Notes: a model not told the origin generated them from the sequence alone. Positions 1 through 10,819 are shown, numbered from the stretch's first letter. The stretch is 64,000 bases of DNA from Amoebidium appalachense (GCA_963693365.1 CAVNZM010000011.1:1596989-1660988), one strand, 5' to 3'. A program made the numbers and translations.

Positions 1-830
1 AACAGGGCCAGCTGTGCATCCATGTCGAGCACGGTGTTCGATTCAATCCCGCACTTCTGGAACACGAGGTAGCGAGCCCTGCGGTAGACATCCTCCGAGA
101 ATTCGGTTATGGCCAATGACATGACACCGTTGTCTTCATACCAGGTCAGCAAATCGGCATCGGCATTTGTCTTAACCACGTCGAACCACGGCGGGAGAGG
201 GAAGTGTTTGTCCTCCTTTTGAATGTTCTCCGCGCCTTTTGTCCTGGTCGTGTTGAGCTTGATGAGGTAGTCCTGGATCTCCGTGACCTTGCCCGCGTCC
301 AGGCGCCATTTGCACGCATATGCCTCGATGTCGTCGATGATCCAAGGCTCCCTGCACCCCGACCCGCCCTTGATGACGCCAAAGTCATCGGGGGGTTTTC
401 CGTACATGGCGATGCGGACCCTACTGTACACGTCCTCGGCCACAAGGAACGTGTTCACGTCGGTCGCACCCTTTTCAAGGGCGGCCGTTCCGCCCTTTGC
501 ACTCGCCTGAGTTTTAACGCCCAGCAGGTAGACGCACGCGAAAATGAACCCGGCTGCGTCGAGCGGCAACAGGCGCCCCTCGCAACCCCCGACCACCCGC
601 TGGATTCCGTGGAGACCGAACTTCACCATGTCCGACGCCTTCTTGGCGATGTCTTCAGGAACGCCGAATTCTTTCTGGTATAGCCTGATGTTGTTGATCA
701 GTAGGTGCTTTGCGGCCTTGATGTCCTGCTCACCGACGTTTTGCGGGGGGTTTCCTTTCGTTTTTGTGACGAAATTGACGATCTTCTCCCCAGCTTGCCC
801 GCTGCCAGTATCATACCGCTCACGAGCCAT
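1..830 (-). CDS. Hypothetical viral protein, >276 aa, runs off window start (MARERYDTGSGQAGEK...)
   Basis: Not in the ORF track because it has no stop in the window. Manual translation from CAAAATG (ATG at 830) is open to base 1. Confidence 0.75.
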   Translation of the reverse strand, partial: MARERYDTGSGQAGEKIVNFVTKTKGNPPQNVGEQDIKAAKHLLINNIRLYQKEFGVPEDIAKKASDMVKFGLHGIQRVVGGCEGRLLPLDAAGFIFACVYLLGVKTQASAKGGTAALEKGATDVNTFLVAEDVYSRVRIAMYGKPPDDFGVIKGGSGCREPWIIDDIEAYACKWRLDAGKVTEIQDYLIKLNTTRTKGAENIQKEDKHFPLPPWFDVVKTNADADLLTWYEDNGVMSLAITEFSEDVYRRARYLVFQKCGIESNTVLDMDAQLAL

Positions 831-858
831 TTTGTGTAGGCGTGAAAATATTCGCCGG

Positions 859-1119
859 TCAGCCGCTGAACTTGCCGATCATACGTGCAATATCGCCGAA
901 TTTGATCGTACTCTGCTTCGGGAACAGCGGAGACAGCCCACCGTCGACTTTGATCTTCTGGCCGTTGTTCAGCCCCTTCTTCTTTGCGTACGCCCAGACC
1001 GCCTTCACCACCTGCCCGCGCGTGGCCGCGGCCTTGTGCATGAACCCCTTAAGCGGCGGGTTGAGCTTCAGGGGTCGGTTGAACGCGCTCTTCGTCTTGC
1101 GTGTGTAGCAAATGGCCAT
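859..1119 (-). CDS. Stand-alone SWIB/MDM2-domain protein
   Basis: AFNRPLKLNPPLKGFM..TRGQVVKAVWAYAKKKGL..KIKVDGGLSPLF matches the SWIB consensus. Confidence 0.88.
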   Translation of the reverse strand: MAICYTRKTKSAFNRPLKLNPPLKGFMHKAAATRGQVVKAVWAYAKKKGLNNGQKIKVDGGLSPLFPKQSTIKFGDIARMIGKFSG

Positions 1120-1164
1120 TGCCCGATGCCGAAATAAAAATCACCGCGTTCACCCGATAGTCGG

Positions 1165-1944
1165 TTAACGCAGCTTGACGTTGAAGTCCTGTGGCAGAGT
1201 GCCCCCCCCCACCAGGTCGGGGATCGGCATCATAGGCACGTCGGTGTTTGCGAGCCCCGTGATCTGCCCGAAGTCGTGCGTCCGAATGCCGCGCCGGGTC
1301 CTCTCCACGTGCTGGGGCTGGTCACTCCGGACCGGGTCGAACGCGAACGTCGGCAGCGGGGCGCGCACACCGGTGCGCACGTCCTCGCGGTTGTTGAGCA
1401 CGGCCTCCGGACGGGCCGGGTAGTCCTTCAACGACGCGTTGTAGATGCCGCCGCGGGTCTGCACGCGGTAGAGCTCGCGCATTGACGCGGCGCGCGTCTG
1501 CTGCTCCTCGGGATGACTGTGGCCGTCGATTGCCCGACCCGTCAGCAAGGGCACGCCCTCGGCCAAAGGCGCGCGGTCACCGGCATGTGCCCTGTTGTCC
1601 ACGCCGCTGGGTTTGAGGTAGGGATTGAGAGGGCGCACACGCCCAACGTGTTCGTCCAGGGGGACCTCCATGACCTTCGTGTTGAGGCGGTCCGCGGGGT
1701 TGCAGGGCCTGTTGATGCCGTACTTGTCGGTGGCGCCCTTGTTCGGGGCGTGCAGTCTTGTGCGGTCAGGGTTGAGGCCCGGCTGGAACTGGTCCGGCGG
1801 GTTGGTGGGTCCGGCCAGCGGGGGGGCCTCCGCCTTGGCCACGTCCTCGTAGCCGGCGCCGGCGTAGTCGCGCCGTGCCACATACGTGTACAGCAGCGCC
1901 ACACAGATCACCGCCCACGCAAGCCAGGTATGTCTGCCGTCCAT
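1165..1944 (-). CDS. Hypothetical protein with N-terminal membrane anchor
   Basis: 259-aa ORF; hydrophobic WLAWAVICVALLYTYV at N-terminus; CAAATG start. Confidence 0.7.
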   Translation of the reverse strand: MDGRHTWLAWAVICVALLYTYVARRDYAGAGYEDVAKAEAPPLAGPTNPPDQFQPGLNPDRTRLHAPNKGATDKYGINRPCNPADRLNTKVMEVPLDEHVGRVRPLNPYLKPSGVDNRAHAGDRAPLAEGVPLLTGRAIDGHSHPEEQQTRAASMRELYRVQTRGGIYNASLKDYPARPEAVLNNREDVRTGVRAPLPTFAFDPVRSDQPQHVERTRRGIRTHDFGQITGLANTDVPMMPIPDLVGGGTLPQDFNVKLR

Positions 1945-2020
1945 TTGTCTACGCGCACATTTGCGACGCGAGGCGCGGCGGACGGCTTATAAAGCGCGCG
2001 CGGTGCGCTTGGCGGTCAAA

Positions 2021-2578
2021 ATGCGCGTGGCGGCCATCGACGTTGGGTTCTTGAATCTTGTCGTGTGCGTCGTGGCCGACACCCCAGGGGGCGCGTTCGA
2101 GATCCACAGCTGGGAGCGGTGGGCCGTGGGCAACCCGAACACGCCGGCGGCCGTGCTCGTTCAGCTGCTGCTGCGGCGGCTGCACGAGGAGGCGCGCATG
2201 CTCGAGGGTGTGGACGTGGTGGTGATCGAGCAGCAGATGGTGACGAAGCTTTCGGTGCTGGCGCACGTGCTGCAGGGGTACTTCGTGACCCGGCGACTGG
2301 TCGAGGGCCGGGGGCCTGGGGTGGTGCTGCAGCACGGCACGCGGAAGAACCAGTGCGGGGCGTGGCTCGCGCGCATGGGGCGGACGCCCGCAGAGACCGG
2401 CAAGGCGGCCTACGCGGTGTACAAGCGGCGGGCGATCCAGGACACCCGACAGGCGCTGGAGGTGCAGGGTGAGCAGGGGTGGCGGGACAAGTTCGAGCGC
2501 GAAGGCAAGAAGGACGATTTGGCGGATGCGCTGCTGCACGGGCTGTGGTACCTGTTCTGCCGGAAGGGCCGGTTTTAA
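2021..2578 (+). CDS. Holliday junction resolvase, RuvC/poxvirus A22-like
   Basis: MRVAAIDVGFLNL, VVVIEQQ and KKDDLADALL carry the RNase H-fold D/E/D..D catalytic residues; TATAAA at ~1988. Confidence 0.9.
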   Translation: MRVAAIDVGFLNLVVCVVADTPGGAFEIHSWERWAVGNPNTPAAVLVQLLLRRLHEEARMLEGVDVVVIEQQMVTKLSVLAHVLQGYFVTRRLVEGRGPGVVLQHGTRKNQCGAWLARMGRTPAETGKAAYAVYKRRAIQDTRQALEVQGEQGWRDKFEREGKKDDLADALLHGLWYLFCRKGRF

Positions 2579-2593
2579 TTAGGGCCGTAACCA

Positions 2594-4024
2594 ATGCTCC
2601 GGTGCAAGCAGCTGGTGTGCGGGGAGCAGGCGCGCCTGCCCCACACCGTCTCCTTCGACACGGGACAGCTCGACCTCGAGCACGCCGCGGCCTGTGTGGC
2701 GCAGGTGCTGCCGTACCACGTGCCCATCGACGGGCCCTGCGCGGGGCTCGCCTTAGGCGCGGCGGTCGGGATCCTGAACGCGGCGCTGACGGTCAACGAC
2801 GACAACGTGCTCAGGACGGTGGAAGAGATCAACACTGCACTGCGGGCACAGCAGGCCGGGCTGGAGCTGAAGGCCGACAAAGTCGCTCTTGCACAGCTTG
2901 CGGGGTTGGTCGACAAAAGGGCCGAAGAAGACAGTGTGGTTTCACGACTGCAACTGAAGGCCGATGTCGTAACAGTAGAAAACTTGGACAAGAGGTTGAC
3001 GACCTCGGTAGCTGACGTGGACACGCGGTTCGAAGACCGTGTGGTGTTTGTTGATGGGAAGCTAGCACTGAAAAGCGACAAGAGCTATGTGGACGGGCAG
3101 CTGGCTCTTAAGAGTGACAGAAGCTACGTCGATGCCCAACTGGCCCTGAAAACGGATCGGACATACACCGACGAAAAGCTGGCCCTGAAAAGCGACCAGA
3201 GCTATGTGGACGGGCAGCTGGCTCTTAAGAGTGACAGAAGCTACGTCGATGCCCAACTGGCCCTGAAAACGGATCGGACATACACCGACGAAAAGCTGGC
3301 CCTGAAAAGCGACAGAGCTAGTGTGGACGGGCAGCTGGCTCTAAAGATCGACAGAAGCTACGTCGATGCCCAACTGGCCCTGAAAACGGATCGGACATAC
3401 ACCGATGAAAAGCTGGCCCTGAAAAGCGACAAGAGCTTTGTTGAAAGCCAGCTGCTCTTGAAAGCGGACCTTACCTATACAGACGACAAGCTCGCGTTGA
3501 AAAGTGACAAAACTAGTGTTGATACCCAGCTCGGATTGAAAAGCGATAAGAGTTATGTGGATGGCCAACTGCTCTGAAAAGCAGACCTCACATATACCGA
3601 TGGCAAGCTCGCACTGAAAACCGACAAGACCTATGTCGACACCCAGCTCGCATTGAAGAGTGACAAGACCTATGTCGACACCCAGCTCGCATTGAAGAGT
3701 GACAAGACCTATGTCGACACCCAGCTCGCACTTAAAAGTGACAAGACGTACGTCGACACCCAGCTCGCTCTGAAGGCGAATGCATCCGTCGTGGGTACTT
3801 ACACCACCCCCACCACCGGTCCGGCCGCGAGCAAAACCACCATCGCCGCCGCCGTGCTCGCCCTCAACACGAGCGCCCCCCCGGCCAACGTGGGCACGTG
3901 GGCCGCGCCGACCGTGGGGCCCGCCGCGGGCAAGGCGACGATCGCCGAGGCCGTGCTGGCCATCAACGACCACGTGGACCGGCTGACGTCGGCGCTCGAG
4001 GCGCTGGTCGCCCGGCTTGAGTAA
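2594..4024 (+). pseudogene. Fibre-like protein with tandem 13-aa (LALKSDKTYVDTQ) repeats, interrupted by an in-frame TGA at 3575-3577
   Basis: ORFs 2594-3577 and 3653-4024 are in the same frame. The repeat register continues through CTC TGA AAA GCA (compare CTC TTG AAA GCG in an earlier unit). The repeat resembles phage tail-fibre coiled repeats. Confidence 0.72.
3050..3780 (+). repeat. 39-bp coding tandem repeat array (~18 units, with 117-bp higher-order duplications)
   Basis: Repeated GACAAGACCTATGTCGACACCCAGCTCGCATTGAAGAGT-type units. Confidence 0.9.
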
Positions 4025-4031
4025 ACGTTGC

Positions 4032-5670
4032 CTATATGGGCCTTATGTTCAGGTACCATCCCGCCCATTCGCACCAGCGCCACGTGAGGTTGCGCGCCGT
4101 GTCCACGTAGTCCTGTGTTTTGTACTGCTGCGCGTCGACCGTGCCGTTGGGTTTTGCACCCTCGAGGTCGTCCAGGCGCACGATGGAGCGCGTGTAGTAG
4201 ATGCCTATAGTAGTTTTCACCGGCCATGGCGAGCCCTTGTAGAACGTGGTTGTGTAGACGGGGCTGCCATTCATAAATGCATATTCCAAATCTGAGCTGG
4301 AGGCACCGGCCCCGGCGTCCAGAGGCTCCATCTGTGCGCCCAGACTATCTGTGTCCAAAAGAGGCACGGTGGCAGGTGCCGTTACGATGGTGGTCTGCCG
4401 GTAGTTGACCGCAATGCCGTAGGGGAGGACCACGTACCTATGCCTCGCGCCTTGGGGAACGATACAGACGAACCCGACATCGGAAGGGCTGTGTTCGGAT
4501 ATGCCATCCCGCTCCATATAGATGGCCTCGTTGTAGGAAGCCCCCGCGTAGTCACTTCCAGTCCTAAAGTCGTTCACCAAATACGTCGGCACTATCTTCC
4601 TCGACTTATAGGCGATGGAATTTGTGCATACGCTCCCTGGTGGTGCGATCCACGTGTCTTCAAAGCTGGGGTATTGCCTCCCCACAGCCACGAAGCCGGG
4701 CTTGGGCACGAGGTAGAAGAAGTTGTCCGACTGAAACGTTTCCGCGAGGGCCGTTGAGGTTGGGCATGCCCCCCACGTCCGGTGCCGTGTAGGTCCCTGC
4801 GAGACGATCGGTGGATGTGTCTAGACACCTGATGGTTCCAAAGGTCGACCCGTGGGCCCACGTCAAGCACAGCCCGGCGTACGTTGGCCCTTTGTCCAAG
4901 TCACTCCCCAACGTCACGGCCCCGGGCGGCACGCGCGGGCTGCGCACCCAGCAGTAGGCGGGCCCGTCGATCTCGTTGAGCACGAGAGAGCGGGCGTCGC
5001 GGCCGGGCACGCCCAGGTCGTAGGTCCACAGCTCGATGTCCTTGACGGCGTGCTCGGTGTAGTCGGTCGTGGATGTGTAGGCGCACAATGACAGAAACGT
5101 ATTGGTTGTGGACGTGGGGGCCAGATTGGCCAGCGTGTAGGTAAGACGCAGCCTCCCGATAGAACAGAACACGTAGCCGGCGTCCGGTGCGATGCTGACG
5201 ACGCACGTCTGCCAGGCGCCGTTGGTACCGGTGGTGGGCCAGCCGGGAAAGCTGAAAGCGCCGTTGGGCTGCCAGGTCTGCACCCTCTGGTTGGTGGGGT
5301 CGAAGAAGACACGGAACTCGGCACCGTTGACAGCGCCGAGTGGCAGGGGGTTCTGCTGGTTCCAGGACACATAGAGGCCGGATTTCTGCGGGGTGGACCC
5401 GGCGCCGGTCCTGAACTTGAAGGACAGCACGAAGCGCTGCCCGGGCCACACGGGCCAGTACACGTAGCCGGTCTGGTTGGCGGCGCGGTCGGTTAGGCGG
5501 ATCTCGGCATTGGCCCTGTTCATGTAGGCGCTGCCGCCGAGCGTGCCGGTGGTGGGGCACGCCCAGTTGGTGCGGGCCCAGGTCTCGGGGGTCTCCTGGA
5601 GCACACATCGGGGGGGCGAGCCCTCGAGGTTGAGGATGCGCTGTGTGAGGCGGGCGAGGCGGTCCGCCAT
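4032..5670 (-). pseudogene. Lectin-like protein paralog 1 (L-type lectin-like + DM9-like), frameshifted near 4710-4775
   Basis: Starts MADRLARLTQRI at 5670; EIRLTDRAANQTGYVYW; WVRSPRVPPGAVTLG. The C-terminal half (PKPGFVA...WRWCEWAGWY) is in another frame (4032-4709). Confidence 0.75.
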
Positions 5671-5703
5671 TGAGTAGGGCAAAACAAATGTGCGCAGTAG
5701 GCA

Positions 5704-7307
5704 ATGGCAGACCGGCTGGCCACGCTGGACGCGCGGATCGACAACATTGCAGCACGGCACACGACGACGCTGGTGCTTGAGAACGCCGAGACGTGGAGCG
5801 CCACGCAGCAGGGCACGGCGTGGGTGGCGCCGGCGGCGGGCGTGCTGGGGGGGACTGCGTACATGAACAGGGCGGGCGGGGAGATCCGGCTGACGGACAA
5901 GCAGGGCAGCCAGCATGGCTATGTGGTGTGGGTAATGCCACCCGTGGACAACTTCCAGCTTGCTTTCCAGTTCAGGGCCGGCGACGGCACGACCAGCGGT
6001 GCCGATGCCTTGTGGGCCAACTGGTTTAGCTTGGGGCAACGGTACTCCGGCCAGCGATACCAGGGGGAAGACGAGCTGCTGCAGCCCGGGGCGTACCGGC
6101 TGACGTTTGACGAGTACGAGGCGCAGTCGCGGGTGTACTTTGGCGCCACGGTGCTGGGCACAGCCACGTACCCCCGAGCCGGCACCAATGGGGCGTGGTG
6201 GATGTGCATGGTGCGGTTTGCCGCCAAGACCAACGGGCTGCAGGTGCTGCTGGACAAGGGAGCGGGCTGGACGCAGCTGCACACCCAGACGCCCACACAG
6301 CCTGCCCCCACGCGCGCGACCATCCTCTCGCTGTGCGCACGCACGGGCGGGCTCTCGTGCGAGCACGCCGTGCGCAACATCACGCTGACCACCAACGCGC
6401 CGCCGCCCGGGTGCGACGCCGCGCTGACGGCCATCAACGAGCTCGAGTTTCCCACGCACACGCTTGTGCGTGCGAGCCGACCGCCGCCGGGGGCCGTGAC
6501 GTTTGGGGCACATGTTAATCTGGGGCCGATCTATGCGGGGTTCTGCGCATCCGCGCACGGCATGGTGCCGTGCAAGATTGCGGCGACGGGAAGCCCGACG
6601 ACGGCGTACTACGCCCTGGGTGGGGCGTCCTACTCAAGCACAACGTTCTTCTATGTGGTGCCCAAGGCCGGGTTTGTTGCAACGCGCAGGCGGCAGATCG
6701 GGGGACCGCCCAATAACGCGCTGTACACCGACAAACCACGGGCAGCGCAAGAGCGTGGCACCCTGTACCTCATCTCTCTGGAACGCACGGACACGTTCAC
6801 GTACGGCTCGTACGAGCCGGGGGGTTCGATCCTGTGTGAATACATGGGCCCTATCACGCTTACAGACGACGGGTCGTGGGAGTACGTGTGCGTCGTCCCG
6901 CAGACCACCAAGGGGCGGTACGTGACGCTCCCACGGGGCGTCTGCACAAGTTCTGTAAGTGGTGAGTGGTCACCGGCGACTACCTTCACGGGCCTGGACG
7001 TGGACGAGATCGTGGCGGAGGGCGAGCGCCTGGCGGCCGCAAAAGGGGTCACGCTGATGGCCGTGGACTACTCATACAAGCCGGCACTGGGGCGGGGGTA
7101 CTTCTTCAAGCCGGCCCCGTCGTGGCCGGCCAAGACCACGTGGCGGGACGGGGCGTGCATCATCCGCACCGACGTGTTCGAGAACGCCAAGCCGCGTGTA
7201 TCGCCAACGGCGTACACCAACGCCGACTACACGGACACCAAAACCAGCTGGTGTGGCGCTGGCACGCTGCCTGTGGCTGGTACCTGAACATGGCCATGCT
7301 CGCCTAG
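5704..7307 (+). CDS. Lectin-like protein paralog 2 (L-type lectin-like + DM9-like); true C-terminus shifted by an A-run indel at ~7240
   Basis: EIRLTDKQGSQHGYVVW..FQLAFQFRAG..GADAL is ConA/L-lectin-like; PPGAVTFG..GPIYAG..GMVPCKI is DM9-like. The alternate frame ends NQLVWRWHAACGWYLN, matching the paralogs. Confidence 0.78.
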
Positions 7308-7330
7308 CACATTTTGTGGGGGATTGCATT

Positions 7331-9733
7331 ATGGGCGACCGTGTGAGTGCCCTGACAGCTCGCATTGCGTGGCTGCCCACCAGCCAGCAGGGCTCGCGGT
7401 GCCTCGTCTGGGAGACCCCGGTCGTGTGGGCCGCCACGGGCTGGCAGGCCCCGGCCACAGGCCACCTGGGAGGATGTGCATACATGGACAAGACAGGGGG
7501 GGAGATCCGGCTGACCCCGGGCACGGCCAGCCAGCTGGGCTACGTGTTCTGGCCTGTGCATGCGGGCCGCCGGTTCACACTCACCTTTGAGATGCGGGTG
7601 AAGCGCGTCACGGCGCTGCCGGGCACAAAGATCTGGGCGGCCGTGTGGAGCCCCGTGCTAGGGCACGCGTCGAGCAGCGACAGCGCCAACGTGGATCTGC
7701 GGCTGACCATGGACGCACAGAATGGCACGCTGAGCACCGAGACGCTCTCACAGTCCATGGCCCTCGATGCCGCATACACATCGACGGCGGCGTGGACGCC
7801 GGTGGTCCTCGACGTGGTCCACGGCAAGCGGGTGACGTGCATTCACGGCACCGCCACGCAGACCATCACGAGCACGGCTGTTTCGACGTCGGTGACGCCT
7901 TGCAGCAGCTACGTGTGCATTGGCGCGACCACAGCCGGCACCAGCTACAGCGAGGTGGGCGTGCGGAACGTCGTGCTACACTGCATGGACCCCGAGGCTA
8001 TTGGGCGAGACGTAAGGCGGCTGGCGTGCAACGAGTTGGAGTTCGAGACATACACACTTGTACGCCAGGCCATGCCGCCGCGCAATGCTGTTGCGTTCCA
8101 GTGCGACGAGTACGGGCCGGTGTGGGGGGGCTTCTGCGTGACCAAGGAGCACGGGCTCGTGCCGTGCAAGATCGTTAGTAAGAACAACACCGAGCCCGTG
8201 GCAGCCTATACAGTTGGACCCCTCGGGAGCGAGCGGTGTATTACTACCAGTGTATTCTTCTTCATCACCCCCAAGCCCGGATACATGGCATACCGCAGGC
8301 GCAAGATAGGCGGGCCCCCAACAGGGGCTATCGTGTGTACCTACGCAAGCGGCACACCCGCGCGTCGGCAGATGTATCTGATCTACTGCGAGTACTTCAA
8401 CGCGTTTGGGCGCTGGGAGTCTGGGGGTGAAGCGGAGGTGGAGGCGAACCAGCAGAGAGTGTACATGTTCGAAGACGGCAGCTGGGACTACGTGTGTGTG
8501 GCCCCCCAGACCACCAGGCACCGATGGATGCAGTGTGCACGCAAGTGTATGGTTAACCGTGGAACCGGGCCTGTAACTGGGGAAAGCCCCGTCGGGACCC
8601 ACGAGTTCGCCCGGCTCGTAGAGCATGCAGACGCCAACGGCTATACAGGTGTGCTCTATGTGTATCAAGTAAGCCCGCCTTATGCCACGTATCCCGGATT
8701 TACAGCTCTATCCGACGTGAAGACGCTGGCGGACAGTGGCTTGCAGCCAAGCGCGACACAGTATGGCTATTCGGCCTACGTACGGGAGGACATGATTTCA
8801 CAGAATATGCCATCGGCGACTGTGGTTGCATCCAGTTACAAGTCGGCATCTTACTATCCCGCTTCAGCACCGACGTTGCCATGGCGCTGGAACGACTGGG
8901 CTGGCTGGTACGTCTACACCCCCTTTCTGCGGGGGCGTTGGTACATGTTTGACCAGATGGCGGATCACTCCAACACGAACATTTACAACGACTGGCTGGA
9001 CCCCAGCAACTGGGGCTTTGGGAGTGCAGTGCAGTGCATGGCCCGTGCGGAGGCCACGTTGGACTGTGTACAGTTTGGGTATGCACCCGTGCAGCTGACA
9101 GCCGGTGGAAAGAAGGGCTACTGTTACATGCGCAAGGGTGTGGCGGCGTGGCCCTTGCAGCCCTGGGCAAACGGCGACACCAGTATTTCGCCCTGGAGCG
9201 ATATGTCGCAGCGCACGTACATACGTGAAGAGGCAGTGCCAAGCGAAGCGGAAAAACTGAAAGGGATACGGGTTCAATGGGACCAGGGGCGCATGACACG
9301 GTGGGCCGGGGAGTCTGGGAGGTTTGACGCCGCGGTACCTCCCTGGGGTACCACGTGCCAGTTCCCACATCCAAACGCCAGGTGGATTTGGAGCCATCCG
9401 AACGCCAATTTGGGCGCCGAACCTGGGGTTTGCACGTTCAAGCAAACCGTTGCCAGTTATGGTGCTCAGGTGATCGTCATGCATGTGGTTTGCGACAACA
9501 CCGCGACCGTTGCCATCAACGGTGTCTCTATTGCAACGGTGCCAGAAAACAGCTGGACCACGCCAGGCTATCCAAAGTTTGAAACCACTCTAAGCCTGCC
9601 GGTAAACACGATAACGGTCACGGTAACAAACAACGGGCCTGGGCGGAGCCCTGCTGGCATGTTGTTCGTGATGTTGCGAAAGGATTATGGCGACGTTGTA
9701 ACCCTCAGCAACTCGTCTTGGACAGTGGAGTAG
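7331..9733 (+). CDS. Lectin-like protein paralog 3 with extra C-terminal beta-sandwich carbohydrate-binding-like domain
   Basis: Likely start MGDRVSALTARI (ATG 7331); same domains as the paralogs, plus ARWIW..F..CDNTATVAING..N..PAGML..SNSSW galactose-binding-like jelly roll. Confidence 0.78.
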   Translation: MGDRVSALTARIAWLPTSQQGSRCLVWETPVVWAATGWQAPATGHLGGCAYMDKTGGEIRLTPGTASQLGYVFWPVHAGRRFTLTFEMRVKRVTALPGTKIWAAVWSPVLGHASSSDSANVDLRLTMDAQNGTLSTETLSQSMALDAAYTSTAAWTPVVLDVVHGKRVTCIHGTATQTITSTAVSTSVTPCSSYVCIGATTAGTSYSEVGVRNVVLHCMDPEAIGRDVRRLACNELEFETYTLVRQAMPPRNAVAFQCDEYGPVWGGFCVTKEHGLVPCKIVSKNNTEPVAAYTVGPLGSERCITTSVFFFITPKPGYMAYRRRKIGGPPTGAIVCTYASGTPARRQMYLIYCEYFNAFGRWESGGEAEVEANQQRVYMFEDGSWDYVCVAPQTTRHRWMQCARKCMVNRGTGPVTGESPVGTHEFARLVEHADANGYTGVLYVYQVSPPYATYPGFTALSDVKTLADSGLQPSATQYGYSAYVREDMISQNMPSATVVASSYKSASYYPASAPTLPWRWNDWAGWYVYTPFLRGRWYMFDQMADHSNTNIYNDWLDPSNWGFGSAVQCMARAEATLDCVQFGYAPVQLTAGGKKGYCYMRKGVAAWPLQPWANGDTSISPWSDMSQRTYIREEAVPSEAEKLKGIRVQWDQGRMTRWAGESGRFDAAVPPWGTTCQFPHPNARWIWSHPNANLGAEPGVCTFKQTVASYGAQVIVMHVVCDNTATVAINGVSIATVPENSWTTPGYPKFETTLSLPVNTITVTVTNNGPGRSPAGMLFVMLRKDYGDVVTLSNSSWTVE

Positions 9734-9777
9734 GTCCTGAAATCCCCCGCACCTCCAGATTATCTCCCCCTCACTCG

Positions 9778-10446
9778 ATGAAGGTCCTGGACATGTGCAT
9801 TCCCTACCACGACGACGACTGCCGCATCATCGGCGCCGGTGTGCTGCCCTACGCCGTGCACGACCGGCGCGTACTGTTCCTGTTGGGGCAGGAGGACAGC
9901 GACGGGCGCTATGGGGTGTTTGGGGGGCGCCTCAAGCCGGGCCTGACCGTGGAGGAGACCACCGTCATGGAGTTCTACGAGGAGACACTGGACACGGTGA
10001 TGCCGCGCCCCGTGCTCGAGGGCATCCTGCGCGACCGCGCGTACGTGCTGCGGTTTGCGGGTGCGGCCGGGCAGAACCGCTACTTTATTACGTACATGGT
10101 GCAGATCCCCTTTGACCCGCACCTACCGCGCCGATTCGAGGCAGCGCGCCACGCGCTCGTGGCGGGGCAGCTTGCACTACCGGGCGCGACCGAAGTACGC
10201 GACGGGGCGTTGCGCGTTAAGTACGACTTCCTGGAGAAGCGGACCATGCATTGGTTTCATGCGGACGACGTGTTTGACGTGGCGCTGCGGTCACGTTGGA
10301 ACCATCCCGTGCCGGGCATGCCCGGCAATCCCATGTTCCGGCGGCCATTCCTTGCCGGCCTCAACAACCTCGTGCAGTATTTCAACATTGGGCTGTTCCT
10401 CAAGGACCTGGTGTGGTGCGACCCTAGCACGCTTGGGCCTGGTTGA
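9778..10446 (+). CDS. Nudix hydrolase (possible mRNA-decapping type)
   Basis: GAGVLPYA..LFLLGQE..FGG..EETTVMEFYEET degenerate Nudix box. Confidence 0.8.
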   Translation: MKVLDMCIPYHDDDCRIIGAGVLPYAVHDRRVLFLLGQEDSDGRYGVFGGRLKPGLTVEETTVMEFYEETLDTVMPRPVLEGILRDRAYVLRFAGAAGQNRYFITYMVQIPFDPHLPRRFEAARHALVAGQLALPGATEVRDGALRVKYDFLEKRTMHWFHADDVFDVALRSRWNHPVPGMPGNPMFRRPFLAGLNNLVQYFNIGLFLKDLVWCDPSTLGPG

Positions 10447-10819
10447 TGTCTGTGGTCACGGTTTCGCGAAGGAACGCGCGGCGGTACAAGCGAAAGTCCC
10501 TGGGGGAGAGTTCGGCCAGCTGGACGAGGTCGAGGGATTCGGGGTCCGCGCCGAGGACAAGGCGCTCGGCAATGAGTGCGTCGCAGCCGTGCTGAACGGC
10601 GACCGTGGAAAACTTGTCGGGGTGGATGTTGCGCAGGTGCGTGGTCGGCAGTAGGTAGAGTGGGCGTGTGGTTGCCCACACGACGACACGGGTGCAGTCG
10701 ACGGTGAGGGTTCCGGCAAGCCGCCTCGTCACAAGAACGAGCGACGGGTCCGCGTCGGTCGTCACGAAGTAGGTGTGAGCGGGGAGGCACACGACCGGTT
10801 GCGATGTGGCGGCGCCCAT
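10424..10819 (-). CDS. Hypothetical protein, possible N-myristoylation (MGAATS)
   Basis: 131-aa ORF with MGxxxS motif. Confidence 0.6.
   Translation of the reverse strand: MGAATSQPVVCLPAHTYFVTTDADPSLVLVTRRLAGTLTVDCTRVVVWATTRPLYLLPTTHLRNIHPDKFSTVAVQHGCDALIAERLVLGADPESLDLVQLAELSPRDFRLYRRAFLRETVTTDINQAQAC

Noticed and set aside
2021-2578. Fanzor/TnpB RNA-guided nuclease
   Set aside because: Only ~185 aa, no zinc finger or split RuvC; motifs fit a stand-alone Holliday junction resolvase.
4660-6558. 632-aa ORF as a single protein
   Set aside because: The part above 5,670 is the antisense shadow of the 5,704 gene; the real start is MADRL at 5,670.
4032-9733. Diversity-generating retroelement acting on lectin genes
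   Set aside because: No reverse transcriptase and no near-identical template/variable repeat pair; paralogs are anciently diverged.
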